Shown piece after piece: positions 11,449 to 25,063 of a stretch of DNA of 64,000 bases. The notes under the pieces are model-generated. The model was given only the letters and a program-made list of their open reading frames with translations, had not been told where the DNA came from and searched no databases. Position numbers and translations under genes: made by a program. Position 1 is the first letter of the stretch. The number at the start of each line of letters is the position of its first letter. The DNA comes from Eledone cirrhosa (taxonomy: Eukaryota), in assembly GCA_964016885.1 (NCBI GenBank), contig OZ024745.1:111538001-111602000 (forward strand), in the 5' to 3' direction.

Positions 11449-11614
11449 TTATACCCTTTATTATTTCCTTACCTTATAAAATTATGTTTTTTCACAAAAA
11501 AGTATTCTGTCTCTTATATATTCCATGTGCCATTACCAACCTCAATTTTCTCTATAACCTTCGTTTTGTGTAGAAAATTACACTTTTCATATATATATAT
11601 ATATATATATATAG

Positions 11615-11716
11615 AGAGGGTGTCCCCAAAAAATTTATACACACTTCAACAGCATTTCTAATAAAATATTGCCTGTACAGGTAATCAAAGTTTGTATACA
11701 TTTTTGGAGGATATTG
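11615..11716. mobile_element. Short mariner-type MITE (longer relative of 62915-62993)
   Basis: GGGTGTCCCCAAAAAATTTATACACACTTCAACAGCATTT...TTTGTATACATTTTTGGAGG shares both ends with the 79-bp element. Confidence 0.65.
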
Positions 11717-12064
11717 AGTGTGTGTGTATATATATATATATATATATTGGTGTGGGTTTTATTTTAATGGAAAATATTGTGAAAATAATATCAAATCAAA
11801 ATTATCAACATAAAAAAAAAAAATGACATCAAATGTAATGAGATAAGGTAAAAGTAAAGTAGAAAAGAAGACATGTTTACAGATTAACTTTTAACAGAAA
11901 TATCTCTCTTTTACATTGTCTAGGAAAAATTTCATAAAACTATAATTGGAAACTAAAGGTAATGTAAAAACATGCACTTGCAGACATATTTACATACACA
12001 TGTGCATGCATGTGTTGGTGCATTGCCTAGATGGCAAAAAACAAAATGACTGAGACTAATAAAT

Positions 12065-12345
12065 ATTCATCAATGCGACCACAGTCGAACATTCCTGACA
12101 AAGTCTCTCAGCAACTCTTGATTTTCCATTGCTTCAAGCAACTGCTCTCTACTGGAGTTTGTATCACCTTAGAGTTAATCGATGATTGTTCGAGCAGGTC
12201 TTCTTCTACTGCATCTCCCATTAGTTGGTTCCCACAATAGTAACTTATGCATAACTTCCTACTTTCTTCATTAGCAATGTCCTGCAGGTTGCAACTGTCT
12301 TTAAGCAACTGTAGTTGTTATCTTGGGCATGTTTCCATAGCGAAC
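12065..12345 (-). pseudogene. RTE-type LINE ORF C-terminal fragment
   Basis: Manual translation YGNMPKITTTVA*RQLQPAGHC...KLLLWEPTNGRCSRRRPARTIID*L*GDT...LLEAMENQELLRDFVRNVR; multiple stops. Confidence 0.7.
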
Positions 12346-12489
12346 AACACAGTCCACTATATTATTGCCTCACCCATATTTCAGTTTCTCATTTTCCTAA
12401 TATATCAGTAAGAAGAAGGATTAAGAGCAGTGTTCAGGCCATTTATAGGGTCTTTCTAGTCTAGCAAAATTGATGGAACTGATGCACAT

Positions 12490-12704
12490 CTTAGACATCT
12501 ACAGATGAATGACAAGCTGTCAGCCAATTCAATGCAGCTATGCACCACTGGGGCTGCGGCCATCAGCAGCTTGCCAGTGCGGCTCACCAGAGCAGACTGT
12601 AGAACACATACTGAGTGAGTGCCAGGATCTCCACCGACCTGAGTATATGGACCTCACACACCCTAATCCCATTACTGTGAGATAGTTGCAATGCCTGGGA
12701 GATA
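12490..12704 (+). pseudogene. Ingi/Vingi-like non-LTR 3' fragment (CCHC zinc knuckle)
   Basis: FNAAMHHWG / PSAACQCGSPEQTVEHILSEC (CxCG..QT..HI...C), frameshifted. Confidence 0.6.
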
Positions 12705-12857
12705 CAGACCTGTAAACTCACCCCATCTGACGGGGAGATCTTCTACCAACTTTGGGGTGGGTATAGCTTTCATTATGTAAAATCTCCCCAATTTGCCTCA
12801 TTTCTACCCTTTTTTCATGGTACTCCCCGTTTGGGTTTTTAGAGGTTGGCACATCTG
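12705..12857. mobile_element. hAT-like MITE
   Basis: CAGACCTGTAAAC...GTTGGCACATCTG imperfect TIRs, GAGATA on both sides; second copy at 18161-18330. Confidence 0.55.
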
Positions 12858-13319
12858 GAGATATCACATGATTGCTGTCTAATATGAAAGGAAGAAGAAT
12901 GAGAAAGAGAAGAGTCCCTAATTCAATGCATGTTTAGTGTGTGTAAACACATAAACCCCTAAAACATGCACTATAGTTAGTTTAGGAATAAAGATTCCAA
13001 ATTTGAATTCAGTGTGACACTATATACACATCCATGAATAAGTGTTTTTGATAATCAAAGACCAACCAAAATATAGTGAAAAAAATCATTCAGTTCTGAA
13101 GATGAAATTATTAGTTAAATCACACAGTAATGTATTACTCTACATATATATATATTCTAATATATTCTGCATGTAAAAGTAAAACCTACTACAGTCAGCA
13201 GGCATCTCTAACAAAATACACCCCCGTCCCACCACCCCCACCCCATCCACACCGCCCCTTTCAATGTAAAGTTATGTTGGTGCCACAACATCAAGGCCGA
13301 AACATATGAGATCGTGTAG

Positions 13320-13672
13320 GTGTCATGACAAAAAAACACACAGTCCACGCTGTAATGTGGCCGTGTAGGCAACACGGTAAAAACCTCCCAGCCCCACACT
13401 GTAAATGTGGTTGGTGTTAGGAAGGGCATCCAGCTGTAGAAAACCCGCCAGACGGTCCACGCTGTAATGTGGCCGTGTAGGCAACACGGTAAAAATCTCC
13501 CAGCCCCACACTGTAAATGTGGTTGGTGTTAGGAAGGGCATCCAACTGTAGAAAACCTGCCAGACAGTCCTATGCGAGCAAGACAACCACTCTTGCCTCA
13601 AGTGGGAAAACTCCCGTCCAAACCCATGCAAGTGTGGAAGATGGACGTTAAACGATGATGATGATGATGATA
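13320..13672 (+). mobile_element. RTE-tail element with ~112-bp internal tandem duplication
   Basis: GTCCACGCTGTAATGTGGCCGTGTAGG...GGAAGGGCATCCA occurs twice; ends GGACGTTAAACGATGATG; further copies at 39673-39853 and 54005-54165. Confidence 0.8.
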
Positions 13673-15599
13673 TTCTGCATGTGACTATTTGATGAAGGGA
13701 AACATGTAATACAATCATAATAGGCTTTTTTTTTATTTCTTTGTGTATGTGTGTGTGTGTGTGTGTGCCAAAGACTGTTTTAAATTAGTTCCACCATTAA
13801 TATCATGATTAGAGCTATAAAGAATTTCATATATGATAAACTCACACCAAACAACATCAGTTATGATAATATCATTCTAGAAGAATGCTAGACTAAAGCT
13901 ATATATGTGCATGTGTATACATATATAGTTGCATATATATATATATATATATATATTGACAGCTGTTCAAACTCTGAAGGTTGACAAAATGAATTCCAGT
14001 AGTAAACTAAAATAGAAAGAAAGAAAGAAAAAGGAAAGCTGGTACAAGAAGAATGTTAAGTTGGCTATCTCTTCAGTTTTCTTGTGGCAAGCCTTAACTG
14101 ATTTGAGATGACAACAAAAATTTACAATCTTTCAATCTCTCGAAAATGGAGAGTTGTGATTATGTGCTCCAACATTCTGCTGCTATCTACCCCCACCACC
14201 TGCAACAATGAAAGTTATTTTAAGGCCAAGTGTCATTATTGCTATTTAAAGTATTGAGATGCATGTATATTTGTTTTTGTCAGTCTCAGCCTGTCATATT
14301 TTACCACCTGAGTAAGCAGTTTGTCTTAATCTTAATAATTCATGTCATATAAACTGTAGGTGAGATTTTTTTTTCTTGTGTATCTCTGTTTTTTTTTTTA
14401 GGGGGGGTCCACTAAAAACAATGTCAAACAAAACAATAGAAAACTAAACAAGAGGTTCTTTCCTTTCAATTGAACAAAACGTTTGAAGTGTTAAAAAAAA
14501 ATAAAAGCTAGTCAAAAGTAAGTCCATACAAAGAATTACATCCAAACTTGAAATAGTAAAAGTTACTATTGGTGTTGGAAGAGAAATAAGAAATGACTTT
14601 GAGAAATTGTGTTCTAATCAACCTTCTAATAATGATATAAAAAAAAAAAATCATTAGAAAACTTTAAAGAAATTATGCTATGGAAATATGAATGGTGCCT
14701 TCTTCCTATGGTTACATTCATCAAAGAGTCACAGACATGTCTAAATAAGGACTTACAGAGCCAGAACAGATCCAACAAAGCACCCCATAAGATGTTTATA
14801 TAATTCCTGCAATCAACCACTAAGAACTAGTACTTTCATCATCAAACTTGAAAGGATGAAAAGCAAACTCAGAAAACCAGCAGAAATACTAAAATACATT
14901 TAATCCGAAGATTTCATGATTCTTCCAATTTGCTGCCAAATAGAAACAATTAATTGAATTCAAAGATTTTTACCCATTGTTTTGTAAACAGACTCTTATT
15001 CCTTGGTTTTATTTCATAATTGGAATCATGATCCTCATCATCATTTAATGTTCCCTTTCACTGCTGGCAAGGGTTGAAAGGGCCTTCACAGATCAAGTCA
15101 GTATTGAAGTGAGGCTACTGACCTGCCAACAAGTAAATTTTATTGTAGCACAAGGACTAAGGAGGTTGTCATGTTTTGACTCAACTGAAGGGGCCTCCCA
15201 ACCCTTTGTTTGGCAAGCTTTCTACTGCTGGTTACCTTTCGTATCACCAACCACTTTACTGTGTACTGGGAGTGTTTATCATATAGGTCAGGAACTCTTG
15301 AGACAACTGAAAGATCCTCCCAACTCTTTTTCTTTGGCAAGCTTTCTATAGCTGGTTGCCCTTCCTATTACCAACAACTTTACAGCATGTACTGGGTGTG
15401 TTTATCATGTAAATCACCAACAAACAAAAAGATTTGTTAACATTCACAAGATTTTTATATGGGTGTATAAGAATTAATAAGTATAAAATAAAATGATTAA
15501 CAAACTTTAAATTGACACAATACCTGGGACTTCAAATATAAGATATATTAAACATAAAGAAAACAAATATTGAATATATAATTAGAACAAATATTCGCG

Positions 15600-15830
15600 A
15601 AGTGGCGAAGTGTAGGCGCCACGGAAAAAAACACCCAACACTCACTGTAAATGAGGTTGGTGTTAGGAAGGGCATCCAGCTGTAGAAATCAAGCCAAAAT
15701 CAGTTCCTGTATGAGCAAGGCATGGTCAGCCGACCAGACACTGCCCACAACAGGACAACCCGTCTAACCCATGCTAGCATGGAAGAACGGACGTAAAATG
15801 ATGATGCTGCTGATGATGCTGATGATGATG
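15600..15830 (+). mobile_element. 5'-truncated RTE 3'UTR / SINE tail
   Basis: Near-identical to the reverse complement of 62996-63215. Confidence 0.8.
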
Positions 15831-15989
15831 AATGAGAGAAACAGTTTAATCAATTTGAAAGTAACTTTTGATTTTTTTTATGACACAAAAGATTTACTCT
15901 ATATGCATCGTGCACAGATAAGTGTGTGTGTATATGTGTGTATTTCCTAGCCAGCATGGAAAAAAAGGTGTTAAATGATGATACACATT

Positions 15990-15997
<8 letters not shown>

Positions 15998-16085
<88 letters not shown>
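15998..16085. repeat. (CA)n microsatellite
   Basis: Direct reading. Confidence 0.95.
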
Positions 16086-16086
<1 letters not shown>

Positions 16087-16884
16087 TACACACAGACACA
16101 CATATTTTTATATATATATTTGTGCTAACATCTTATGACATGAAGCCTTGTGAATTGATACAAATGCTTCACAAAGAAATCAATTTGTAAATAGTTTTCT
16201 TTAGATTATTACTTTCAATAAACCAAATTCACTGAAGTAAAAGACACAGACTCACCTCCAAATATTTATCTAATCTTATCTTTTTTTATTTTATTCAGAA
16301 TGAAGTATGTATAACAAAAGGCGTCAAGCAAAGGACTGGTTTTGCACAACTTAATCCATCATGTGAATAACTGAAGTAGATATAAAAGAGTGTGATTGAC
16401 TTTTGATGTAAATGTTTACAACAAAATAAATAATAACAACAATAATACTACTAATAATAATGGTGGTGTGTGTGTGTGTGTCCCCTCCACCAAAAAAAAT
16501 GTATCATGTCATGTGTTCTTCTCCACCTTCAGTAACAAAAGAGTTCCATGTTATATGGATGCTAAAATAATTACAAATATATATGTGGGCACACAATGTC
16601 TATTTATCCCCTTTTCTCATCATCGTTTTTACATTTATTAATAAAGTATTTATTACTTTTAAAGGTGTTTTATTCTTAGTATAATAAGTTCTGAAAACTA
16701 AATAAGTAAAAAATAATACAGATAATACAGATTAGTAAATTTTTTTTTTTTTGGGGGGGGGGGGGGGGTCAAATCGAAAAAAAAACGATTCTGAAAATTT
16801 GTGGACATGTGTGTGTGCATGTGTGTGTGTGTGTGTGTTAGTTCCAATAAATGTAATGCTACACTTCAAATTCATCTTTATAAC

Positions 16885-16980
16885 ACACACATACACAGTG
16901 AACACAAAGACACACACACACATACACAGTGAACACAAAGACACACACACACATACACAGTGAACACAAAGACACACAGA
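16885..16980. repeat. ~32-bp tandem repeat x3
   Basis: ACACACACATACACAGTGAACACAAAGAC repeated three times. Confidence 0.9.
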
Positions 16981-17877
16981 GAATGTGAGGAATCTTCTTG
17001 AAGATGTAATTATGCCTATGTTTCTCTTTTTGAAACAATGATGATATTTCAACTGATTATAATAAAGTGATTATGTAACCTAACTCTTTTCATATCTGAC
17101 CACCTGAAACTATATTTTCTTTTAAGTGTAAATATTTATCTAAAAACCTTCTATAATAATTCTATATGAGAAAATTTGTAAAGTTTTATTAAGCATAAGC
17201 TTAATAATGGGAAAGGTAATTATATTACTAAATCCCTCCAGCTGTAACTGGCCGTTTATTCCAATGTTTAGGTATTGTTCTCAAAATAAATCATATCAAA
17301 ATCTCATAGATTCAATATATGAGATATTTATGTAAGGTAAAGCCTTTACCATGAAAATACAAAAACCTTCTTCAACATAGTGTCAACAATTTATGAAATG
17401 CTAAATTCTTCTGCACTGTGACAATAATACAGTAGCATGATAGATAGGTTTTAGCCAGTATTTGCCCAGATCAAGTCTAACTTAATAGCACCACCCTGTA
17501 AAACTGAACCTGGCTAGTAAGAGGACCAAATTCACAATATTAGCATTAATATCCTGACACTGTAAACAATTGAGCTTTCACTGGCATAAAGAGGTTTAAA
17601 AAAAGAAAAAGGAGAAACTGGAAAATGTTAAATAGAGCCAACTACAGGGATTGGCGTCATGAAAGACACCCGGCCATAAAACACTGCTTCAAAAATTCCT
17701 GTCCAGTCCATGCCAACATACTAAAAATGCTGAAAGTAAAGTAATAGATCACAACAGTATGTTATCTATTACTTTACTTCCAGCATTCATTGATCCTTTG
17801 ATCTTTATCCTATGTCACCTTGTTCACCCATTCATGAACACATTTGTAATAAAATACACTTTATTAATTAAGAATAA

Positions 17878-18066
17878 GGGCGGTGAATTGGCAATATCGG
17901 TAGAGGGTTGGACGCCATGCTTTCCAGCATAGTTACGTCCCTTTACAGTCTGAGTTCAAATCCCTCGGAGGTTAACTTTGCCTTTCATCCTTACGGGGTC
18001 GATAAAATAAAGTACCAGTAATGTACTGGGTAATTGCTGGCCTTGTGCCTAAAGTAGAAACAATTA
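17878..18066 (+). mobile_element. SINE family A
   Basis: GGGCGGTGAATTGGCAATATCGGTAGAG...GAGTTCAAATCC...GCCTTTCATCCTTACGGGGTCGATAAAATAAAGTACCAG. Confidence 0.85.
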
Positions 18067-18160
18067 ATTAAGAATTTTGAAAGATTTACTAAAATTATTT
18101 TTTTCATATCTAACATTTGGTATTTGTAATATAAAACTTTCCATATATAAAATTATGTTG

Positions 18161-18330
18161 CAGACATGTCAACTCTGTTTGTTGGACAGGGAGATTACCC
18201 ACCCACCTCAAAGTGGGTCGGTGATGTTTTCTCTTGTGAAAATGGGTATAGCTTTTGCCTCATTTCTCCCTGTTTTGGGGCCCTTTTTTCATGGTACTCC
18301 CCATTTGGGTTTTTAGAGGTTGGTAGGTCT
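18161..18330. mobile_element. hAT-like MITE (same family as 12705)
   Basis: CAGACATGTCAACTCT / AGAGGTTGGTAGGTCTG TIRs; shared internal CATGGTACTCCCC..GGGTTTTTAGAGG. Confidence 0.6.
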
Positions 18331-20729
18331 GATATTAGTTTAAATAGGAACCCTTTAAAATGTATACTGTGTGTATCTAGTCTAGAATAGGTACACTATA
18401 TCCCTGCGTGTTGTAAGAAGCGACTAAAAAAAGGTTGGTGTCAGGAAAGGCATCCAGTTATAAAATATTACCTCAAAAAGTCCCACCCAAACCATGCCAG
18501 AATGGAAAAGATGATGTAAAATCAATGATGATGTTCCATAAAAACATAGGCAGATTGGTATCAAAGGGGTTAATATAGAAGTCTAAAAACTGGAGCACAT
18601 CATTTAGTTTATCTTTTCAATTATTTTACAATTCAACAAATTTGTGTGTCCCTCATAAACTACACCTTTATCTGAATGGCCTTTAAGTATCAAAATAATG
18701 ACATTCTTTGAAAAAGAGTTTGTAATTTACTTTTTAAAAATTAGATTTATTAAAAAAAATATATTCAAATAATTAATGATGGTGATGATAATGATGGCAG
18801 TAATGGTTGTCGTAGTAGTTGTGGTGATGGTGATTGTAGTGGTGGTTGGAATGATGGTGGTGGTAATGGTGGTATTAATGATGATAGTGGTGGTGGTGGT
18901 GTGGGTTTTGTAAAAGTGATGATGATAGAAACAATGAATGGAAGATAAAGTATCAAACTTAAAGGAAGAAAAAAAAGAGAAAAGAAAAAAAAGAAAAAAT
19001 ATTTGGACATTTGTAAAAACAAAAGGATGTAGAAGCCACAGCAGTTGCTAAATAGATCACATCTATAATATGAGTTAACCAACTTGTGTGCTAAGATGGC
19101 ACTTACAAAAACAAATGAAAAAAAAATTTCTAAAAAAAAAAATGCCGAGAAATCCAAAGAGAGAAAAAGATTACATTAGCAACAATAACTCAACCATTGA
19201 AATGTAGAAAGAAAATGACTGGAAAAGAAAAGGAAAGGAAAAGAAAAAAAAAATACTATAAAATGGAGAGAAAAAAATAAACTGAATGAGAAAAAATGGC
19301 CACCAACTCCCTTGATAAAAAAATGAAACAAACTAAAGAATAAATAGATAATTTCCAAAAGATTGAAACTAATGGAACAGAAGTAAGATTCAGTTGAGTG
19401 ATTATTTATTTGAAGCCATGTATATCCATTTTTGTGGCTTTCTGATTGAGTACTCAGCCAAACAGAAATTGACGATTAACAAAACAACCATTTCCTTACC
19501 ATTTGATAATTGCAGAAAGTTACTTTGGACAAGGAAAGGGGGGGTTGTTGGGTAAGCTGGCAAACATTTTATGGTTAACTAGATATTTCTCACTGAACTT
19601 ACCCACCATGTCTGTTCGTACAAGCTTCCTTTCAAGACTTCCCGCCACAATTTGTCTTAATTTTGTTTATGTCAAAATCACTTCGAAGCTTTCACACTTC
19701 ATTAGTTTCTGATATCGGCAGAAACTCCCCTGACACCCATCAGTAGAAAATCTTTTTGGATTCTCTAACTTGACCTATAATTTATGCCCTTATTAGATCT
19801 AGCTGGCAACAGGGCAAATTTTCTAAGCGAGTCCCTTGTGTCAAAGCTGATGAAAAGATTTCCTTTTTGCTCTTTCATTGTTCTTTATTCTTTAGCATTT
19901 CTTTTCCCATTCTCTTTTACCAATATTATTTTTTCTTTCCATTTCCCTTCGTAACAACTCCTATGATATTTTTTTACATGTATTTTTTTTTTTTTTTTGC
20001 TTGTTTTGTTTTGTATTTAAGACAATCCTCACTGGGGTTCAGCCTCACACTGCTTTGCATGTAATCATTATAAGTCTTGTTTATCAGACCTGGAGCCGAG
20101 AAAATTTCATCTCAAAGAGACAAGAAAAGAAAGTTTAAGTTAGCAAGTTAGAAGGTCGTGTCTTTATCATATTTCAGTTTGCCTGACCTAATTCACAAAA
20201 CAAAACTACCTCATTGAAGAAATACCTTCGGGAAGTTAACTGTTCAAAAGACTGCGGAACATTAATGAAAATCTAACCAGTAAGAAATTATTTTTGCTCT
20301 ACTCTTGGGTGTCGTAAATATGCCTTCGGAAATCTCCTTGGTTCCTGAAGCCAAATGCCTTGAACAACATATAAGTATGACCTTTCTCTGACACCATTTT
20401 TCAGTCTCCACATTTATTTGATTAGACATAATGAGTAATAACTAGTCATCAACAAGAAAAGTTAGTTATGGAATCTTTAAGTAACTTTGCAAGTATAGAG
20501 GACAGTCAAAAGTTTAATAACCAAACCAATAATATAACTAATAAGTTACAAGATTAGTAGTAATCTGCACAGACTTCCCCAAACATTTCATATCAGACTT
20601 TTTAAAGTAAAAGTGTTTGCTGTGTTCATCCTGTCTCAATTTAAACTCAAGAAAATGTGAGAGAATTTTATTTCATTTCTTTCTAATTAAAGTATTAATC
20701 AATATGCCTGGAGGTCAGTAATCCTGCTA

Positions 20730-20771
<42 letters not shown>

Positions 20772-20881
20772 ATCCCTTGGTGGGACAGGCAGTTATTGCA
20801 TTTGCTTAAGTTCATGGATAGCATTACATTGGTGTTGATTTGTTCAAGTTAAAGCAATTTATGGTCTTATTTATATATATG

Positions 20882-20955
<74 letters not shown>

Positions 20956-22204
20956 AAAAGCAGCAGAGAGAGAGAGAGAGTAAAAGCAGCAGATGTATAA
21001 AAAAAAACTTAATGAAAATTGTAATAAAATTTGAAGAGGATATTATCAAAATAAACAAGATATCTTAATAAGTCACCAGTATCAAATAGCTAGCAACATC
21101 ACACTTATTTTGTACACAACAGATAACAGAGTATATCTCTTCTGGCAATGATGAAATTTTATTTCCTGTATCCACTTGCAAACATTGGTTTTTATTTTTA
21201 AATGAATATTTCATCAAATTCTAAAATGTTATACACACCCTTATTAAATATTGGAAGATATAATTTTCTTTTTCATTTATAACACCTAACTTTTAATAAA
21301 TAGATTATCTAGATATGTCCATGTTGTCTACAATCATGACAAACTTTACAGCCAGCAGCAATTTTCAGTGACAATTAATAAGCCTGATCTTCTTTACCTT
21401 CAGGGAATCCTCATATGATATAAATATTATAAACTCTTCCCTCTTTTAATCATATATTTTTTTTTTTATAATCTTATTTCCAAACACTATATTGTTTTGT
21501 TTGTTTGGTATTTGTTTGTTTGTATTTTATCTTTTATTTCCATCTTTTAATGAGCTTCATCAAAGTAAGATATTAAAAAGCACCGTCGTTATGGAATGAG
21601 AACTCAAAGCAGCACCTCAGGCAAGATATGTTTAAAGCAAAATTATTTCCTTTTCTTTTTAATGAATTTCACTTATTAAAAAGAATCCCATTACCTCTAC
21701 CAAGGCAAGGTATCATAAGAGACACCATGTCAAGTATACCAGCACAACTTGTTGTCTAAGTCCTGGAATTCAAAATAGAGGAAATACATTCATTTCCTGC
21801 GTACGGTGAAGATTTTAATTTGCTTATGAATTCATCTTCATAGATAGAGTATCTATTCATGTGTAAATCCCTGTAGTAGATAAGTCAGATGCTGGGTTTT
21901 TTGTGTAATATTGTGGGAAAATGTGTGACTTGTACACAATTATATACAGAACACACACACACATATATGGTTCGAGTATATTTGATATACTAATATCAGT
22001 ACCCACATGAAGCCGTTTATCTTGCTATGTGTGCACTCTGAGTAATGGGTTTATATTTCTAATAATAATAATACTAACTTGATTATATCATTGATTAAGG
22101 AAACAGCTGAAGCTGTACCTATTCTCTTTAACTAGCTTTGTGAACCTATATTTATATCAAGGCTGTCCTCTCTCCTACCTTTGGCATGTGCTGACTCTCA
22201 AGTC

Positions 22205-23855
22205 ACATTAACCTTGCTGTCAAAGCCATCAGTGTACCCTGTGGTCAAAGCCATCAGTGTACCCTGCTGCCAAAGCCTCATTGATCCTGTTGTCAAAACT
22301 CCATTAACCCTACTGTCAATGCCTCATTAGACTCCTCTGTCAAAGCCTCATTAAACCTGCTCTCAATGCCCCATTAGACCCTGCTGTCAAAGGCTCCTTA
22401 CAACTGCTGTCAAAGGCTCCTTACAACTGCTGTCAATACCTCATTACAACTGCTGTCAACACCTCATTACACCTGCTGTCAACATCTCATTACACCTGCT
22501 GTCAACACCTCGTTACACCTGCTGTCAACACCTCATTACACCTGCTGTCAATACCTCATTACACCTGCTGTCAACACCTCATTACACCTGCTGTCAACAC
22601 CTCATTACAACTGCTGTCAACACCTTGTTAAACCTGCTGTCAACACCTCGTTAGACCTGATGTCAACATCTCATTACACCTGCGGTCAACACCTCATTAA
22701 ACCTGTCAACACCTCGTTACACCTGCTGTCAACACCTCATTAAACCTGATGTCAACACCTCGTTACACCTGCTGTCAACACCTCATTAAACCTGCTGTCA
22801 ACACCTCATTAAACCTGTCAACACCTCATTAAACCTGCTGTCAACACCTCATTACACCTGCTGTCAGCACCTCATTAAACCTGATGTCAACACCACATTA
22901 CACCTGATGTCAACACCACATTACACCTGTTGTCAACACCACATTACACCTGATGTCAACACCACATTACACCTGATGTCAACACCACATTACACCTGAT
23001 GTCAACACCACATTACACCTGATGTCAACACCACATTACACCTGATGTCAAAACTTCATTACACCTGCTGTCAACACCTCATTAAACCTGATGTCAACAC
23101 CTCATTAAACCTGATGTCAACACCTCATTACACCTGATGTCAACACCTCATTAAACCTGATGTCAACACCACATTACACCTGATGTCAAAACTTCATTAC
23201 ACCTGATGTCAACACCTCATTACACCTGATGTCAACACCACATTACACCTGATGTCAACACCACATTACACCTGCTGTCAACACCTCATTAAACCTGATG
23301 TCAACACCACATTACACCTGATGTCAAAACTTCATTACACCTGCTGTCAACACCTCATTACACCTGATGTCAACACCACATTACACCTGATGTCAACACC
23401 ACATTACACCTGATGTCAAAACTTCATTACACCTGCTGTCAACACCTCATTACACCTGCTGTCAACACCTCATTAAACCTGATGTCAACACCTCATTACA
23501 CCTGCTGTCAACACCTCATTAAACCTGATGTCAACACCTCATTACACCTGCTGTCAACACCTCATTAAACCTGATGTCAAAACTTCATTACACCTGCTGT
23601 CAACGCCACATTACACCTGTTGTCAACACCACATTACACCTGCTGTCAACACCTCATTACACCTGTTGTCAACACCTCATTAAACCTGATGTCAACACCA
23701 CATTACACCTGTTGTCAACACCTCATTACACCTGTTGTCAACACCTCATTATACTTGTTGTCAACACCACATTACACTTGCTGTCAACACCTCATTACAC
23801 CTGCTGTCAAAGCCTCATTAACCCTGCTGTCAATGTCCCATAAAACCCTGCTGTG
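22205..23855. repeat. 23-bp minisatellite, ~70 copies
   Basis: Unit TGCTGTCAACACCTCATTACACC (starts at 22451 and 22474); degenerate edges, homogeneous centre. Confidence 0.97.
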
Positions 23856-24150
23856 AATGATTTTTCTTGAGATATTCTAACCACATGCCCATAATATTAG
23901 AGCTATGATCTCTCAATTCAAAGAGGTGGTGGCTCTACCTGGAATGACTCCCTGGCCTCCCAGCTACAAACTCTATCGAGTAATGTTACTCCAAAGGCCC
24001 TTCAGAAGAACCCCATTTCAGTCAATTGTCTTCACAATCATATTCTTTCGGTCATTATCCAAGATTCATGACCATAGGTAAGGGTTGGCATGGAAACCAA
24101 ACTGAAGATAGCGAGTTTGACTTTTATGCTTACCTCCTTTTTTTCTGCTG
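23856..24150 (-). pseudogene. RTE (Expander/Rex3-like) LINE fragment
   Basis: KKEVSIKVKLAIFSLVSMPTLTYGHESWIMTERI; homologous to 34600-34930. Confidence 0.8.
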
Positions 24151-24417
24151 AAGTTTTGGAGGAATACACAAATAGATTATTACTCAATTCTTTTTCTTTC
24201 TTCCTATTTAATATCAAATTTCCCATGCATTCATGGGTGAGATACCTTTTTCTTTCTTTTTCCTTTGTTTTCTTTTTGTTCAGTCAAGCAAGCTAGAGTG
24301 AATTCAAAATTTAGGAAAGACAATACTAAAGAAAATACTAAAGAAAAATTATCTAAATAAATTTGAATATGCGAATCAAATAATCATGTTTGAAATGAAT
24401 ATTGTGATAGATAATAA

Positions 24418-24635
24418 TGGTTTCAGATTTAGGCACAAGGCCAGCCATTTCGAGGGAGGGGAAAGGCGATTAAGTCATCCCCAGTGTGTGACTGGTACTT
24501 TATTTTATTGACCCCCGTAAGGATGAAAAACAAAGCTAACCTTGGCGGGATTTGAACTCAGAACGTAAAGGGCCATAACTATATGCTGCGAAGCATAATG
24601 TCCGACACTCTAATGACACTGCCAATACACCACCC
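24418..24635 (-). mobile_element. SINE family A
   Basis: CTGGTACTTTATTTTATTGACCCCCGTAAGGATGAAA...GGGATTTGAACTCAG. Confidence 0.85.
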
Positions 24636-25063
24636 TTCTGATAGATAATAATAAAAGGAAAAGATAGAGTAAAAAGGAACAAAAAGCAAAAATAAATTAA
24701 GCAATGAAAGAAAGGGAAAGGGGGCCAAAGTAATAGACTGCACACCCCAGCTTAAGTAGCATGCTTCAACTGTGTCCCACAGACAAAATTATGAAGGTAT
24801 TGTTGTGGAGAATGGTTAGTAACACTTGCTGCAGCAGCCACCCTACTTCATGGGCCTCCTATCTTCCAGGTGGGCTGTTATCTTCCTGATTTTGTGGAGG
24901 AAAACAGCAGTTCAAGGACCAAGGACACCTGAGGTCTCGACAGCAACCAGTACAAAAAAGGAAGCAGTCAATCAAACCACAATATTTAGTTATCTTCCTC
25001 TCCTCTGCATTGTGATTGAAAAAAAAAAAAGAAATACAATAGAAAAGTATAAATTTTTCTACA

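Noticed and set aside
12108-12308. 66-aa minus-strand ORF that looks like a host exon
   Set aside because: An alternative frame of the same DNA reads as a decayed RTE C-terminus
23574-23856. Cys/His-rich repetitive ORFs resembling zinc fingers
   Set aside because: The 23-aa period arises from three 23-bp minisatellite units
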